Source: Candidatus Methanoperedens sp. (GTDB lineage Archaea > Halobacteriota > Methanosarcinia > Methanosarcinales > Methanoperedenaceae). Taken from it: 32,000 bases of DNA. The notes beneath the pieces were generated by a model that saw nothing but the letters and a program-made list of their open reading frames with translations, searched no databases and was not told the DNA's origin. The DNA is taken from contig JBGQBI010000003.1 in the NCBI GenBank assembly GCA_041494705.1, forward strand, positions 120,001 through 152,000, read 5' to 3'. Of the stretch, positions 31,659 through 32,000 are shown piece by piece; within the stretch, counting starts at the first letter, position 1; each line of letters opens with the position of its first letter. Made by a program: the position numbers and the translations under genes.

Positions 31659-32000
31659 CTATTTATTTAATACCATCTGTCTCTTAACAATATAATCCAA
31701 CATGTCCATCCTATGCATTTTTAATTCTTCGTTGGTCAGATTCGGATGCTTATATATAAAGTCTGTCTCCGCCTCTCCATCGCGTAATCCAAGGGTCATA
31801 ACGAACCTTTCGTAATCATGTGTCAATAATTCCATGCCATAATCCTGCGGTTTTTCGTAAATATCGCATCCAGGAAATGGGACAAAAGTCGAAACATCCA
31901 CTCCATCGGGCTGGACATCCTCTATGAAATCAATGTTCATTTTGCCGGTATTTTTTGCTTCTCCGGGTAAACCTACAATAAAAAACAGCCTTACTTTCAA
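31659..32000 (-). CDS. C-terminal part of a radical SAM enzyme (probably another B12-domain type); the 5' end lies beyond the right window edge
   Basis: FFIVGLPGEAKNT...VSTFVPFPGCDIYEK aligns with the FFMIGxPTET...PFPGT block of the five complete B12-type radical SAM proteins in the window. The Fe-S motif and N-terminal domain are out of view. Confidence 0.7.
   Translation of the reverse strand: MKVRLFFIVGLPGEAKNTGKMNIDFIEDVQPDGVDVSTFVPFPGCDIYEKPQDYGMELLTHDYERFVMTLGLRDGEAETDFIYKHPNLTNEELKMHRMDMLDYIVKRQMVLNK

Noticed and set aside
1-32000. Searched by eye for CRISPR repeats, tRNA/rRNA genes, IS elements, integrases, toxin-antitoxin pairs and known defence-system signatures
   Set aside because: There are no regularly spaced direct repeats, no cloverleaf-compatible segment, and no transposase, integrase, nuclease or ATPase-like ORFs. 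Every long ORF is explained by sugar-nucleotide, GT, MTase, radical SAM or membrane GT-C families.

Overview
The window is a densely packed, mostly operonic surface-glycan or glycolipid biosynthesis and tailoring island. I found no rRNA, tRNA, CRISPR array, transposase or integrase. About 25 convincing CDS fall into three transcription units.

(1) Minus strand, 7369 -> 1: SPASM/twitch radical SAM, B12-type radical SAM, class I methyltransferase, B12-type radical SAM, then the dTDP-rhamnose genes rmlA (long form), rmlC and rmlD (partial).

(2) Plus strand, 7483 -> 10399 and 11532 -> 20321, with a GT2 gene on the opposite strand between them. This unit holds two polyprenyl-phosphate hexose synthase-like GT2 enzymes, a 709-aa polytopic membrane protein, a second SPASM radical SAM, a small membrane-anchored protein, a B12-type radical SAM, and two tandem paralogous ArnT/PMT-like GT-C membrane glycosyltransferases with large extracytoplasmic beta-rich domains.

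(3) Minus strand, >32000 -> 20325. Gene order is: radical SAM (partial), GT-B, GT4, MTase, B12 radical SAM, MTase, GT4, MTase, B12 radical SAM, and an 801-aa YfhO-like GT-C protein.

The outstanding property is enzyme content. Eight radical SAM enzymes (5 complete B12-domain type, 1 probable partial, 2 SPASM/twitch type) and 4 class I SAM methyltransferases are interleaved with 5 cytoplasmic GTs and 4 putative GT-C enzymes. This looks like an undescribed radical-SAM-driven glycan tailoring system, probably C- and O-methylation.

Other notable items:
- a 285-bp intergenic cluster of at least 7 perfect hairpins showing compensatory variation
- a recurring 13-mer in three intergenic regions
- archaeal-style TTTATATA boxes
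- a candidate 33-codon upstream ORF overlapping a SPASM radical SAM start
- an rmlD homolog with no canonical start codon
- a strongly mosaic base composition

Promoter architecture and enzyme families suggest an anaerobic archaeon (methanogen or ANME-like). This cannot be proven from the window, and a bacterial origin is not excluded.
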